Shown here: piece after piece, positions 7,058-7,207 of the stretch
Layout: every line of letters starts with the position of its first letter
Numbering within the stretch: the first letter of the stretch is position 1
Virus record (IMG/VR): IMGVR_UViG_2703718769_000012
Length of the DNA: 7,207 nucleotides
Direction: 5' to 3' (one strand)
DNA from: a virus
Lineage: Duplodnaviria > Heunggongvirae > Uroviricota > Caudoviricetes
Position numbers and translations under genes: made by a program
The notes under the pieces: generated by a model
Told to the model about the DNA's origin: nothing
The model's input: the letters and a program-made list of their open reading frames with translations, nothing else
Databases searched by the model: none

Positions 7058-7207
7058 AGTGAGACTCTATACGAAATTGGTGTTCATATCATAATGCATC
7101 TCAGAAAATAATTTTGATTATTTTTGTGCATATTTGTATGTACACGTTCGAAAATAAACGAATGCGTATGCAACCCCGTAACGGTGATGCTGCCAACTTA
7201 CTGATTT

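Overview
This window reads as a contiguous slice of a defective lambdoid prophage of the E. coli Qin type, assigned by recognition of protein motifs and gene order from memory; no database search was run. Left to right: (1) a short Cys/His-rich ORF ending in a strong intrinsic terminator; (2) a phage-21-type lysis cassette, tightly coupled: dual-start pinholin, a DUF1327-like gene, SAR endolysin, and Rz with embedded Rz1 spanins; (3) an AT-rich cold-shock cargo module on the same strand: cspI with a cspA-like leader, a small zinc-ribbon ORF with no canonical start, a YnfN-like small ORF and gnsB, with ydfO convergent on the minus strand; (4) a lambda-like cos site (cosQ/cosN/cosB) and a Nu1-type small terminase gene whose 3' end is fused out of frame to an internal fragment of tail gene J, itself fused out of frame to the 3' end of stf, followed by intact tfa; (5) an intact Pin-family serine invertase on the minus strand. 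The head and tail morphogenesis genes (A through most of J) are missing, so the element is cryptic. I found no tRNA, rRNA, CRISPR array or IS element, and no recognisable multi-gene defence system. The best candidates for undescribed biology are two paralogous-looking small zinc-ribbon ORFs, the retained cos plus Nu1 packaging module, the orphan invertase, and the gene wedged between holin and endolysin.
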